In this document: piece by piece, positions 20,078 through 30,325 of the stretch
Layout: each line of letters starts with the position of its first letter
Position numbering within the stretch: the stretch's first letter is position 1
Assembly: GCA_040219255.1 (NCBI GenBank)
Contig: JAVJSW010000049.1
Location: forward strand, 176,893 to 240,892
Source: Sumerlaeia bacterium
Lineage (GTDB): Bacteria > Sumerlaeota > Sumerlaeia > SLMS01 > JAHLLQ01
Length of the DNA stretch: 64,000 nucleotides
Direction of reading: 5' to 3'
The notes under the pieces: generated by a model
The model's input: the letters and a program-made list of their open reading frames with translations, nothing else
What the model was told of the DNA's origin: nothing
Databases searched by the model: none
Position numbers and translations under genes: made by a program

Positions 20078-23000
20078 TCAAGGCCAATCGAACGACACCA
20101 CGCGCACGTTCTCGATGTACAGCTCGGCGTCGCGCACGGTGGACGTGCCGAAGTAGAAGATTTCATCGAGCGCCACAACGAGTTGCTCGCCGCCGTCGAA
20201 GCCCTCGCCCTCGGGGACCGCGAGGTAAACCGAGTAGGTTTTCGCTCCGGCGCTCGAGGGGCCAATGTCGCCAATCAGGGAGGCGTTGATGACGGTGGTG
20301 TGCGAGAGGCGGAAGCCGGTCTCGTTCACGCGGGGGCGGATGGTGGGAACCATCGACGACGCGGGCATGTCGGTGCCGAGGGTGAAGTCGGCGCGGTAAA
20401 GTCGCCCCGGCTCGATGGCGACGCGGTCGGCGAGGGCGGGTTCCCACCAGCGGAAGACGACCTGGGGCGGTGAGCCGAGTTCGCCGCCGTCGCCCTTGGC
20501 CGAAAGCACCAGGACGCCATCGCGCCAGGCCGCACCGGGGCCGAAGTAGGGGCCGAACGCGGTGAAGGAACTCCAGCCCTGGGTGCCGTCCTCAAAAGTC
20601 CATTCGCGCTCGAGCCGCTCGGGGCCAAAGGCGCCCTGGCGGGCGATATCGACTTCCCAGCGGTCGAGACCGAGCGTCGCCCGGGGCGCGTCCACGCCGC
20701 CGCCGTTGACGACATCGAAGGCGAAGTTGAAGAGCGGCAGCGCCCCGCCCGCCGGGATCACAACGGTGTAGTCGCGGGCGTGGGTCAATGTCGGCGAGAA
20801 GGCGCCAGCGCCGCTGCTGTCGACGGCGAAGTCGGTGCCGAACTGCACGCCTTCGCGCAGGGTGCGCAGGCGGAAGCGGGGAACGAGGGCGCTGTCCATC
20901 TGGTCGCTCATGACGCGGGCGCGCAGGATGTAAGCTTCCACGTCGGCGAAGTCCTCGGGCACAATGGGGTCGGCGAGAGGCCGAGGGCCCGAGTCCCAGA
21001 AGCCGAAAGCGCTCAGGTTGCTCGTGGTGCGCAGAGCCAGCACGCCGCGATCCGACGCCAGCTCGACGCCCTCCAGATCGCCAAGCGGGCCCTCTTCCGG
21101 AACCCATCCATGGCCGGATTCGAGAAAGTCGTAGGCTAGGTCCGGCAGCGGGCTCTCGCCGTCCGTGGCCGCCGCGGGGGCGGGGCCGGCGGCGATGCGG
21201 GTGTGGCTGGAGGTGCTGGTGAGAACGTATTCAGACAGTTCGCGAATGGCGGCAGGGATGCCGGAGGCGAAGGCGTCGACGGCGCCCGAAGCGAGGTCCA
21301 CCCGCGCGATGTGGCTGGCTCCATTCTGAGCCAGAAAAACTGCGCCTTCATCCGTGGAAAGGACAACGTCGGAGGTCTGGTTCAGGTCGAACTCAGGAAA
21401 AGGGGCGGTATCGTAGGTCAGCGGGTTCACGTCTTGGCTGGCGGGGTCGTAGGTGACGAGTTGGGCGGGGAAGGTTTCGTGGAGGAGATAGGTCTCGCCC
21501 GGTCCGGCGGTGGCGTAGGCGGTCTTGCGGGCGAACTGGGGAACGAGGGCCAGGTCGCGCAGCACCATGTAGGTCTCGAAACCGGGCGGTACGGGCGGCG
21601 TGACTTGCAGATAGCGCACCTCGCCCGAGGCCAACTGGCGCGAGGGAAGGGGGATAATCGATTCGAAGATTGCGTAATAGTCGCGGAAGTCGCGCGAACT
21701 CTCCATGCGTTCCAGATCGAACGTCAGGGTGGCATCCGGATCGATTCCGCTGATAATGGCCTGGACTGGCAGCCTGAAGGCGCGATCGTTCAGATCGATG
21801 GTGGCCCGCAACAGGACGTGGCTCGCCCGCAGGTCTTCCTCGATTTCGACGGTCGCTTCGGCAAGCGAGAGGGGCGATTCCGGCTGCCTGATCAGGGTCT
21901 GGGTCGTCATGGAAATGGGAGCATGAGCGAAATTCTCGTAGTTCCCTTCCCGATCCGCCAGCAAGAGCGGGTTCTCATTCGTCTGATTGGCGACCACCAG
22001 GTACTTCCCGTCCGTCGCGACGTCGACGGAGCGGGGATAACCCAGCATCGGAATGGCCGGGCTGACAGTCGGAGTCGTGCCGGGATCGTCGGCCGGGATT
22101 GTGATGAACCGGAATTCTTCGCCTTGGACGGTCGCCACGAGCACGATTTCGCCCGTCTCGGTCACATCAATGAAGGGGGCGATGTTCGACCGTTGGACGT
22201 ACTGCCCGGCGCTCGTGAAATGATTCGGGAGAATCCGATCCAGCGCCGGCACGACTTCCTCCCGGTCGCCGCTGATCGGATCGACCCGCATGACGCGGGG
22301 GCGGTCGTAGCCGCCATCGAGCACATACAGTTGGCCATCGGGGGCGATGTCGAGGTCGAGCAGGTCCGCGAATGCCGGCCCCTCGCCGCGCTGAACCAGC
22401 AGGCGGGGCTCGGGGAAATCGGCGAGGGCTTCGATGGAAGCCGCGCCGAGATCTGGCGTGGTCGTGAACCAGAGCCCGGGGGCGCGCTCGCGGATGTCGA
22501 GGGCTCCGGTGGGGTCGGCCAAGCTGGATTTGGGCGTGGAAGGACCTCCCCATCGGCGGTAGACGAGTTCACTGGTTGCAGGACCGCTCTCGGGAATCTG
22601 GGCGATCCTCAGTCCATCGCCCGTGATGGTGGAAATTGGTAGCGAACCTGTGTCGGCCCAATGGCTGGCGGAATAAGGCAGGTGCTGAACTAGCTCTAAG
22701 AATCGCAAGCTGCCATCTTCGTTCAAGACTTCTTCGGCCACGGTTCCATCCGGCGAAAAATAGACCGCCGAGGCATCGATTTCTTCGTTGTAGGGGATTT
22801 CTCCCGCTCGTGTTACCAGAAGGGTCTCTTCTGGCGTCACAACCGCCATGACCTGCTCCTGAGCGAAGTCGAAGTCCGTCAAAGAGAGAACGCCGGCCTC
22901 GCCGAGGATCGCCAGTTCTTCGTCCCTATGGTAGGGTATACCACTTCTCGCTATCCGCCAGTCACGGAGCAACCCCACGCTCCCCCCGAACACATGCAAC

Positions 23001-23521
23001 TGGCGCGCGAAGCGGAAGCTGTCGGGCAAGCCGTTCAGGCCGGTGAAATCGTTCAGGTCGGTGGCGAGGCGTTCGAACATCCAGGCGCCGTCTTGCCTTT
23101 GACCTTTGAAGAGGACGAAAGAGTGTCGCCAATTCTCAGTAGCCTCGTCCCCCAGAACGTAAGCCGTCCCACCATCGCGCGACACGCCGACGAGCAAGAA
23201 AGTAACGGATTCCGGGCTTTCGGCCACTTTCTCAACGTTGCCGAAATCCATGTTGTAGTGCACGATGGAGCGCCGGCCGGGCGGAATGAAAAGGGCTTCC
23301 GAGGGATTGATGAAGGCGAAGCTCTCGCACTCGATGGGGATGGTGGCACTGACGATGCGGGGTTCGCGGCCGGGGCTGTCTTCCTCGACGGCGTAAATGG
23401 CCGAGGTGCGCGGATCGGCGATGTAGAGGATGGCGCCCGCCGAAGCGGGCGGCGGCGCCAAGGCCAACAGACCTCCAGCGAAGAACAGGCTCGTCAGGAA
23501 ACGGTGGGGCTGGGCGGTCAT
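20078..23521 (-). CDS. Large secreted beta-propeller-like protein with duplicated C-terminal domain
   Basis: Signal peptide; NHL/SGL-like blades (DLDIAPDGQLYVLD, RVMRVDPISGDRE); two related C-terminal modules. Confidence 0.65.
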   Translation of the reverse strand: MTAQPHRFLTSLFFAGGLLALAPPPASAGAILYIADPRTSAIYAVEEDSPGREPRIVSATIPIECESFAFINPSEALFIPPGRRSIVHYNMDFGNVEKVAESPESVTFLLVGVSRDGGTAYVLGDEATENWRHSFVLFKGQRQDGAWMFERLATDLNDFTGLNGLPDSFRFARQLHVFGGSVGLLRDWRIARSGIPYHRDEELAILGEAGVLSLTDFDFAQEQVMAVVTPEETLLVTRAGEIPYNEEIDASAVYFSPDGTVAEEVLNEDGSLRFLELVQHLPYSASHWADTGSLPISTITGDGLRIAQIPESGPATSELVYRRWGGPSTPKSSLADPTGALDIRERAPGLWFTTTPDLGAASIEALADFPEPRLLVQRGEGPAFADLLDLDIAPDGQLYVLDGGYDRPRVMRVDPISGDREEVVPALDRILPNHFTSAGQYVQRSNIAPFIDVTETGEIVLVATVQGEEFRFITIPADDPGTTPTVSPAIPMLGYPRSVDVATDGKYLVVANQTNENPLLLADREGNYENFAHAPISMTTQTLIRQPESPLSLAEATVEIEEDLRASHVLLRATIDLNDRAFRLPVQAIISGIDPDATLTFDLERMESSRDFRDYYAIFESIIPLPSRQLASGEVRYLQVTPPVPPGFETYMVLRDLALVPQFARKTAYATAGPGETYLLHETFPAQLVTYDPASQDVNPLTYDTAPFPEFDLNQTSDVVLSTDEGAVFLAQNGASHIARVDLASGAVDAFASGIPAAIRELSEYVLTSTSSHTRIAAGPAPAAATDGESPLPDLAYDFLESGHGWVPEEGPLGDLEGVELASDRGVLALRTTSNLSAFGFWDSGPRPLADPIVPEDFADVEAYILRARVMSDQMDSALVPRFRLRTLREGVQFGTDFAVDSSGAGAFSPTLTHARDYTVVIPAGGALPLFNFAFDVVNGGGVDAPRATLGLDRWEVDIARQGAFGPERLEREWTFEDGTQGWSSFTAFGPYFGPGAAWRDGVLVLSAKGDGGELGSPPQVVFRWWEPALADRVAIEPGRLYRADFTLGTDMPASSMVPTIRPRVNETGFRLSHTTVINASLIGDIGPSSAGAKTYSVYLAVPEGEGFDGGEQLVVALDEIFYFGTSTVRDAELYIENVRVVSFDWP

Positions 23522-23790
23522 GCGGAGAGTGCTCCCGGTCAGGAGGTGGAATTTGGATTCAAAGAAAGAATTCGAGAGAATCGTTGAGCCTGGAGTGAAC
23601 GGTTGGCAAGAGAAAGTTTGATTTTGAATTTAGGGGACGAAGGAAGGGCCACCGTTCCCGTGCGATTGGGGGCCTTGCAATCGCCTTCTGCAATCACATC
23701 CTGTATTGACGAGGCCCGTCGTTGCTGTCAGTCTCGCGGGACTTTATCACGCACCTTTTTGGACCGCGAAAGGCCGGGCGGCAAGAGCTT

Positions 23791-26700
23791 ATGGGCGCGG
23801 AGCTTCTGACCCAAATCTATCTCTCCACCATTTACGTGGTGGCGCTCGTGGCGTTTTTATACCTGCACCTGATTTTGCGGCGCACGTATTTTCTGCTGTG
23901 GGCGGGTGCGTGGTCCTGCGTCCTGCTGCGTTCGCTGTTGCGCATCCATGTGATCGAGAACAGCATGGACGGCGCCACCGAGGCGGAGGTTTTCATTTTC
24001 GAAGCCATCGGGAACCTGGTGCTGTACCTGGGGTTGTTGTCCTCGGCGGCGGGCGTGTATCTGTTTTTCCGGCGAAAAGTGCCCGAGCACATCATCTACG
24101 TGGTCGGTCTCGGGGGTGTGGTGCTGGGCGCGATGCCGCTGGCGCTGGTGGATGGGCGCCTGTTCCTCAAGGCCTTGCTGGCCGGGGTGCTGGTCGGCGG
24201 GGCCACCATCGCCAACGGCCTGCTGTTTTTCCTGATCCATAAGGGGCCGAAGTCGATCAGCGTGACGCTGACAGGCGCGCTGCTGATTCTGGGCGGGACC
24301 TATCGGATCCTGCTGCCGTTTCTCTCTCCGGTTTACTATTTGCCCGAGGTATCGGGTTACGGCGATTCGCTCTTGCTGCCGATCTTCGAGGTCTTCATCA
24401 CGCTGCTGGTACTCTGCCTTTCCGTGGTGATCGCGCTCGAGCAAGTGCGCGGCGATCTGATCGACAGCGAACGGCGATTCCGGCACTTTTTCGAAGGCGC
24501 CAGCGATCCGATTTTCTTGGTCGATCCGGAAGACGGACGCATCCACAATGTGAACCCGCGATGCAGCGACTTGCTCGGCTACGAGCAGAGCCAGCTCCTG
24601 ACGATGAGGATTCAGGACTTGGCGGCGCCGGAGCAGGGAACCTCCCCCGCCGGGCTGCTGAGCAAACTGCGCTACAAAGGCACCGGGCCCGACGTGGTGC
24701 AGACGCACCACCGCCATCGCGACGGCCGGCTCATTCCCATTAGCCTGACCCGCGCGCCCATTCGCGTGGATGGACGCGACATGCTGATCGTCCACACCCG
24801 CGACATCAGCGACCTGCGCGCCCAGGAGCGGGCCCTGGCCAGCCGCATCAGCCAGCTCCAGGCCGTCCAGCGCATCGCCACGGTGCTGACGCGAACCCTC
24901 TCGGTGCAGGACATCGGTCCGGTGCTGTTCGAGAGTTTGCAGCGCCTTCTCGACCTGGATTTCTTCGCCGTGGACCGCCTGGCGGGGACGCCCGAGAACC
25001 CCATCCCCCTGCCCATTTCCGCCATGAAGGTGGTCAACGGCGTCATGACGCGCATGCCCACCACGGGCGAGACGGGTCTGCGCCACGCGGGGGGCGGGTT
25101 GACCCTGGAAGAGTTGCAGCCGCTGATCGAGGACCGCCACGCGCGGCTCGTGCGCCGCACGCAGGAAGAGGCCGATATCGCCTCCGATTATCCCGGCGCC
25201 TGCCGCACGCTCATTGTGCTTCCTATGATCGCGGGCGACGAAGTCATCGGCCTGCTCTCCCTCGGGTCGAGCCAGCCCCACGCGTTCGACGGCGGCCAGA
25301 TCGATCTGCTGCAACACACCGCCTCCATCGCCGCCATCGCGCTGCGCAACGCCATGCTCTATGAAACGCAGCAGGCGCAGACGCTTCGCCAGAAAACCAT
25401 CGCCGATCTGGGCCCGCGGCTGATCACCGAGCACGATTCGGTGCAGGTGGCGGCCGTGGTGGCCGAAGCGCTGCGCGAGTTCCTGGATTTGCAGGGGGTC
25501 GAGATTTGGCTGTGCAGCGAAGATCCCCACGTCAGCCACCTGACGCTCCAGTACCCGGTGCGCGAGGCTAACCCGATCGCGTTGGCGGGCGGGGCCGAAG
25601 CCCAAACCATCGACATGAACGCCATCCGCGCGTGCTTCGCGGCGGGGCGCGAATTCGTCATCAACAATTGCTCGAAATCGCCGCTCATTCCCCGCTCCTG
25701 GCGCGAGGAACTGGGTCTGCTGTCATGCCTCGCGGCGCCAATCCTGGTGGGCCAGCGCGCCATCGGCGTCATCCGCCTCGATTGCACCACCCGTTACAAC
25801 CGGTTCCAGGACGAAGACGTGGAATTCGTCCGCCTCGTCACCCAGATCGCGGCGGCGGCGCTGGAAAGCTCGCGCCTCTTCCAACGCGTCCAGGCCAGCG
25901 AGCAGCGCTTCAGCCAACTGATCCAGGCCAGCAGCATCGGCATCGCCATCCTGCGCGACGACCGGCTGGAATTCGCCAACGCCACCTTCCAGGACATGCT
26001 CGATCTGGCGGACCTGCCGATCACGGCCCTGTCCATTTTCGAGATGGTGCCCGAGGAAAACGAGGCCGCCTGGCAACGCATGCTCGAGCTGGCCGCCAAG
26101 GGCCGCGAGGGCCACATCGAGGGATGGATGCAGCGCCCCGACGGCAACCGCATCTGGGCCGAGGTCAGCGCCGGCCTGATCAATTACGGTGGCGTCCGGG
26201 CGATCCAGCTCCTGGTGGAAGACGTGACCGAAAAGCGCGCCGCCGAAGCTCAGCGCGCCAGCGATCTGCGCGTGCGCTCGATCGGCACGCTGACCGCCGG
26301 CATCGGCCAGGATTTCCAGGAATTGTTCAGCGCCATGCTGGGCCACATCGGCTACCTGAAGATGCAGATCGGCAGCCCCTTCGGCAGTTCCGGCATGGAC
26401 ACCGAGCCGCTCGAAAGCAGCATCCTGGCCGTCGAAGGCGCCATCATGCGGGCGCTCGATTTCACGCGCCAGCTCATGTCCTTCGCCGAGACCAGCGAAG
26501 GCGGCGTCGCCATCCTCGACATCAACGGCGTCGTGATGTCGGCTTCCAAGCTCTACGAGAACCTGCCGAGCGAACGCCCCCGCATGAAGTTTGCCCTCGC
26601 CCCCGATACGCCGCGCCTGCGCGGCAGCGAAGACCAACTGCGCCAGGCCCTGCTGAACCTGATGGTGGCGCTGGGCGAGCGCGCTGGCGAGAACAACACG

Positions 26701-27051
26701 CTGCTGGTCGAGAGCGGCGGCGAAATCCTCGACGAAGAACGCGCCATGGCGCTCGGCGAACTCAATCCCGGGCTCTACGCCTGCATTTCCTTCAGCGAAC
26801 GGCGCGGCGTCATCGATGAAAGCCTCGCCGAACTGCTCCTCTCCTCCACCGGGTCGAGCCTGGGCCGCGGCAGCCTCGGCATGAGCGTCATGCTCTCCAC
26901 CATCCGCAACCACCAAGGCGCCATCGAAGTCCGCGGCGGCACCGCCACCCGCATCGTGCTGCTCCTGCCGGCCGACCAATCGATGCCCCTCAGCAGCGGC
27001 CAACGCCTCCTCAGCGGCGAAGGCTCCTCCATCGCGGCGGCTGGCGGCTAA
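23791..27051 (+). CDS. Membrane PAS/GAF/GAF/PAS sensor with degenerate histidine kinase core (pseudokinase)
   Basis: About 7 TM helices; PAS (SERRFRHFFEGASDPIF), two GAFs, second PAS; H-box reads LTAGIGQDFQELF. Confidence 0.85.
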   Translation: MGAELLTQIYLSTIYVVALVAFLYLHLILRRTYFLLWAGAWSCVLLRSLLRIHVIENSMDGATEAEVFIFEAIGNLVLYLGLLSSAAGVYLFFRRKVPEHIIYVVGLGGVVLGAMPLALVDGRLFLKALLAGVLVGGATIANGLLFFLIHKGPKSISVTLTGALLILGGTYRILLPFLSPVYYLPEVSGYGDSLLLPIFEVFITLLVLCLSVVIALEQVRGDLIDSERRFRHFFEGASDPIFLVDPEDGRIHNVNPRCSDLLGYEQSQLLTMRIQDLAAPEQGTSPAGLLSKLRYKGTGPDVVQTHHRHRDGRLIPISLTRAPIRVDGRDMLIVHTRDISDLRAQERALASRISQLQAVQRIATVLTRTLSVQDIGPVLFESLQRLLDLDFFAVDRLAGTPENPIPLPISAMKVVNGVMTRMPTTGETGLRHAGGGLTLEELQPLIEDRHARLVRRTQEEADIASDYPGACRTLIVLPMIAGDEVIGLLSLGSSQPHAFDGGQIDLLQHTASIAAIALRNAMLYETQQAQTLRQKTIADLGPRLITEHDSVQVAAVVAEALREFLDLQGVEIWLCSEDPHVSHLTLQYPVREANPIALAGGAEAQTIDMNAIRACFAAGREFVINNCSKSPLIPRSWREELGLLSCLAAPILVGQRAIGVIRLDCTTRYNRFQDEDVEFVRLVTQIAAAALESSRLFQRVQASEQRFSQLIQASSIGIAILRDDRLEFANATFQDMLDLADLPITALSIFEMVPEENEAAWQRMLELAAKGREGHIEGWMQRPDGNRIWAEVSAGLINYGGVRAIQLLVEDVTEKRAAEAQRASDLRVRSIGTLTAGIGQDFQELFSAMLGHIGYLKMQIGSPFGSSGMDTEPLESSILAVEGAIMRALDFTRQLMSFAETSEGGVAILDINGVVMSASKLYENLPSERPRMKFALAPDTPRLRGSEDQLRQALLNLMVALGERAGENNTLLVESGGEILDEERAMALGELNPGLYACISFSERRGVIDESLAELLLSSTGSSLGRGSLGMSVMLSTIRNHQGAIEVRGGTATRIVLLLPADQSMPLSSGQRLLSGEGSSIAAAGG

Positions 27052-29069
27052 GGCGTCTTGTCCGCGGCGATCTCCGCGAACACCTCCTCGAAAATCGGCC
27101 CCAGGTACTTCTCCGCACCATAGCGCGTCAGATGGTTGTCGTCGCGGTAGTGTGAGCGTTCGGAGTAGATCTCCAGCCGGCCCTCGGAATTGTCGAAGAA
27201 TGCCAGGGTTGGATCGATGACGGTCAGGTTGGGGTGATCGCCCAGGTTTTTCAGGACACTCTCGAAACAGGCCTGCCGCTTCTCGTGCTCGGCTCGTGTG
27301 GTGGTGTAGCGTTCCATACTGTTGAAGAGCGGGTAGCGGAACGTGTAGGAAAAATGCCGCGCGGTGTGATAGTTGTCCGTCTCGGGAACCTGCTTCAGGA
27401 GCCAGACGCGCACTCCAGCATCCTCCAGAGTCACGATCATCCCTCGCAGGTGTTCCTCCAGAACGGCCTCCGCGTGGCTTTCCGTAATGCGATCCAGGCT
27501 CATCTTTGGGTCATCGGTGACAAGGGTGCCCTTGGGCGACTTGCCCAGTTCGACGCGCAGTTGGCTCTGTCCGGAACAGGAGACGGACCATCGTTTCACC
27601 AGGATGACGTCCGATACACCTCGTTCGAAGATTCCCGTTAAGGTCGCGGCGTTCGTCTCAAGCGCCCAGGCACGCTCCTTTGGCGTGGAATCGACTCGCC
27701 AGAGGCCGGGAATAGGCGTTGAGCCTCCTTCAAGATAGGCCTCCCCCCGCAAGCCCGCTTCGGCTGCTTTGCGGTCAACCATGTCGGAAATGGCGAGCGC
27801 GTGGCTGTCGCCCCAAAACACGAAGTCCGGCGGGGCGTTGGCCGTGGAGGCCTCGGCGCCGATGGGGACGGGCTCGCCGTCCTCGCCCATGCTGAACTCG
27901 CGGCCTCTCCAGTCGATGTCCTCACGATAGATGGCAAACCGGTCGTCGAGTCCCGGTCTTTTCGAATACCCCAACACCCCCACTGCCGCCACCAGCAACC
28001 CCGCCGTGACGGCGCCTCCGAAGGCGAAAGCGCTCTTCCGGGTCTTCAGCACCGTCTTGCGGCGGAACGGGTTTTCGATGAACTTCCACGATAGCACCGA
28101 CATCCCGAACGACAGCGCCAGGATCGCCGCCAGCGCCACCCCGTCACGCTCGATCAGGACGTAGTTTCCGAACACCAGCAGCGGCCAGTGCCACAGATAG
28201 AGCGAGTACGAAATCAGACCCACAAAGACCATAGGCCTCCACGCCAGAAGCCGCCCCGACCAGGTCAGCCCCTGCGTATTCGCCCCCATCACCAGAACGG
28301 CCCCCAGGACCGGCACGACGGCGTAGGCGCCGGGGAAGGGCAGGGACTCATCGAACACCAGCATCGACAGTACAATCAGCCCCAGGCCTGCCGCCGAGAG
28401 CAATTCCCGCACGTCGCCGCGCCATCGCAGGTCCCGCTGCTTGACACTCAAGAGCGCCCCCGCCAGCAGCTCCCACGCGCGGAACGGCAGCCACAAGAAA
28501 GCCAGTTTCTGGTGCGAATCGGTCATCAGGATGGACAGGAGCAGACTCGCCGCCAGCAGTCCCCCGAACACCGGCAGCAGCCATCGCCGCCCCGCCCGGA
28601 AGCAACCCAAGGTCAGCAGCGGAAAGAGCAGATAGAACTGCTCCTCCACCGCCAGCGACCACGTGTGCAGCAGCAACTTCATCTCCGCTTCCTGAGCGAA
28701 ATAGCCATCATCGGCGGCGAAATAAAAGTTCGCCCCCATCACCGACTGCGCGATGGCCGACTCGGCCAGCAGGCGCAGGTCCTCCGAGTCCAGAAGCCAA
28801 AGCCCCGCACCCAGCACACACAACACCATCGCCGCCAGGGCAGGCAAAATCCGCCGGATGCGCCGCACCCAGAAATTCGCTAGAGAAAAATCGCCGCGTT
28901 CCAGGTCCCGCAAAATGATCGACGTGATCAGGAATCCCGAAATCACAAAGAACACATCCACACCCACGTACCCGCCCCGAAACCCCAGGTCCGCGTGAAA
29001 CAGCACCACACCCAGCACGGCCACGGCCCGCAGACCGTCGATATCGGGGCGATAGGCGATGTTCGACAT
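27048..29069 (-). CDS. Acyltransferase-3 plus SGNH domain O-acetyltransferase (OafA/OatA-like)
   Basis: YRPDIDGLRAVAV, GVDVFFVISGFLIT, HTWSLAVEEQFY, GDSHA, YRDDNHL. Confidence 0.93.
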   Translation of the reverse strand: MSNIAYRPDIDGLRAVAVLGVVLFHADLGFRGGYVGVDVFFVISGFLITSIILRDLERGDFSLANFWVRRIRRILPALAAMVLCVLGAGLWLLDSEDLRLLAESAIAQSVMGANFYFAADDGYFAQEAEMKLLLHTWSLAVEEQFYLLFPLLTLGCFRAGRRWLLPVFGGLLAASLLLSILMTDSHQKLAFLWLPFRAWELLAGALLSVKQRDLRWRGDVRELLSAAGLGLIVLSMLVFDESLPFPGAYAVVPVLGAVLVMGANTQGLTWSGRLLAWRPMVFVGLISYSLYLWHWPLLVFGNYVLIERDGVALAAILALSFGMSVLSWKFIENPFRRKTVLKTRKSAFAFGGAVTAGLLVAAVGVLGYSKRPGLDDRFAIYREDIDWRGREFSMGEDGEPVPIGAEASTANAPPDFVFWGDSHALAISDMVDRKAAEAGLRGEAYLEGGSTPIPGLWRVDSTPKERAWALETNAATLTGIFERGVSDVILVKRWSVSCSGQSQLRVELGKSPKGTLVTDDPKMSLDRITESHAEAVLEEHLRGMIVTLEDAGVRVWLLKQVPETDNYHTARHFSYTFRYPLFNSMERYTTTRAEHEKRQACFESVLKNLGDHPNLTVIDPTLAFFDNSEGRLEIYSERSHYRDDNHLTRYGAEKYLGPIFEEVFAEIAADKTP

Positions 29070-29266
29070 GGACAGGGCGCGACTCTCTAGGGTGGGCAAC
29101 GGATCGTTTCTCGCTTGTAAGCCCCCACGCCCCGTTCAGTGCAACCGCGAACCGCCCCCGCGCCCACGGAAATCGCCCCGCGCGCCATTCCCCCTTGCGC
29201 CCCGGCGCCCCGCGTCCGCTATGACAGGTCGCAACAATTCGGACTACGTGAGGATACGATCGGCTC

Positions 29267-30148
29267 ATGGCCATTCTTGTCACAGAAAACACCCGCCTGA
29301 TGATCCAGGGCATTACCGGCCGCGAAGGCCAGTTCCACGGCCGGCAAATGCTCGACTACGGCACCAAGGTCGTCGCCGGCGTCACCCCCGGCAAAGGCGG
29401 CCAGACCGCCCTCGGCACCGTCCCCGTCTTCAACACCGTCCAGGCCGCCGTCGACGAAACCGGCGCCAACACCACCATCATCTACGTCCCCCCGGCCTTC
29501 GCCGCCGACGCCGCCCTCGAAGCCATCGAAGCCAACCTCGACCTCGTCATCATCATCACCGAAGGCATCCCCACGCTCCAGATGATGACCGTCTATCATG
29601 AAGCCAAGCGCCGCGGCGTCGTCGTCATCGGCCCCAACTGCCCCGGCGTCATCAGCCCCGGCATCGCCAAAATCGGCATCATGCCCGGCCACATCCACAA
29701 ACCCGGCCGCGTCGGCCTCATCAGCCGCTCCGGCACCCTGACCTACGAAGTCGTCGACGCCCTCACCAAAGCCGGCGTCGGCCAGAGCACCTGCGTCGGC
29801 ATTGGCGGCGACCCCATCATCGGCTCCACCTTCGTGGATATCCTCGCCCACTTTGAAAAAGACCCCGACACCGACGCCGTCGTCGTCATCGGCGAAATCG
29901 GCGGCACCGACGAACAAGACGCCGCCCGCTTTGCCAAAGAGCACATGACCAAGCCCTGCGTCGGCTTCATCGCCGGCCGCACCGCCCCCCCCGGCAAACG
30001 CATGGGCCACGCCGGCGCCATCATCAGCGGCGGCGAAGGCACCGCCCAGGAAAAACTCCAGGTCATGCGCGACAACGGCGTCGCCACCTGCGACCTCCCC
30101 AGCGAAGTCCCCGCCCGCATCCAGGAAGTCCTCGCAGCGCGGGTGTAA
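29267..30148 (+). CDS. sucD: Succinate-CoA ligase alpha subunit
   Basis: [41 protein letters not shown]. Confidence 0.98.
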   Translation: MAILVTENTRLMIQGITGREGQFHGRQMLDYGTKVVAGVTPGKGGQTALGTVPVFNTVQAAVDETGANTTIIYVPPAFAADAALEAIEANLDLVIIITEGIPTLQMMTVYHEAKRRGVVVIGPNCPGVISPGIAKIGIMPGHIHKPGRVGLISRSGTLTYEVVDALTKAGVGQSTCVGIGGDPIIGSTFVDILAHFEKDPDTDAVVVIGEIGGTDEQDAARFAKEHMTKPCVGFIAGRTAPPGKRMGHAGAIISGGEGTAQEKLQVMRDNGVATCDLPSEVPARIQEVLAARV

Positions 30149-30204
30149 GGCTCCGCCGCCCGTTCGTAGTCCCGCCGCCCGGCGGAAGAAAGTCACTCCA
30201 TCGC

Positions 30205-30250
30205 AAGCCGCCGCATTCTCCTTCAAGGCAGAGTGCGGCGGCTTTCTTTT
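30205..30250 (+). terminator. Intrinsic terminator of sucD
   Basis: AAGCCGCCGCATTCT...AGAGTGCGGCGGCTT stem plus T-rich tail. Confidence 0.85.
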
Positions 30251-30325
30251 CGTTCTTTCATCTTTACCTCTTGAGCAGATAGGCCGCATCGTTCGTCCAC
30301 CAGTTCAAGCCAAGAGGACGATCCG

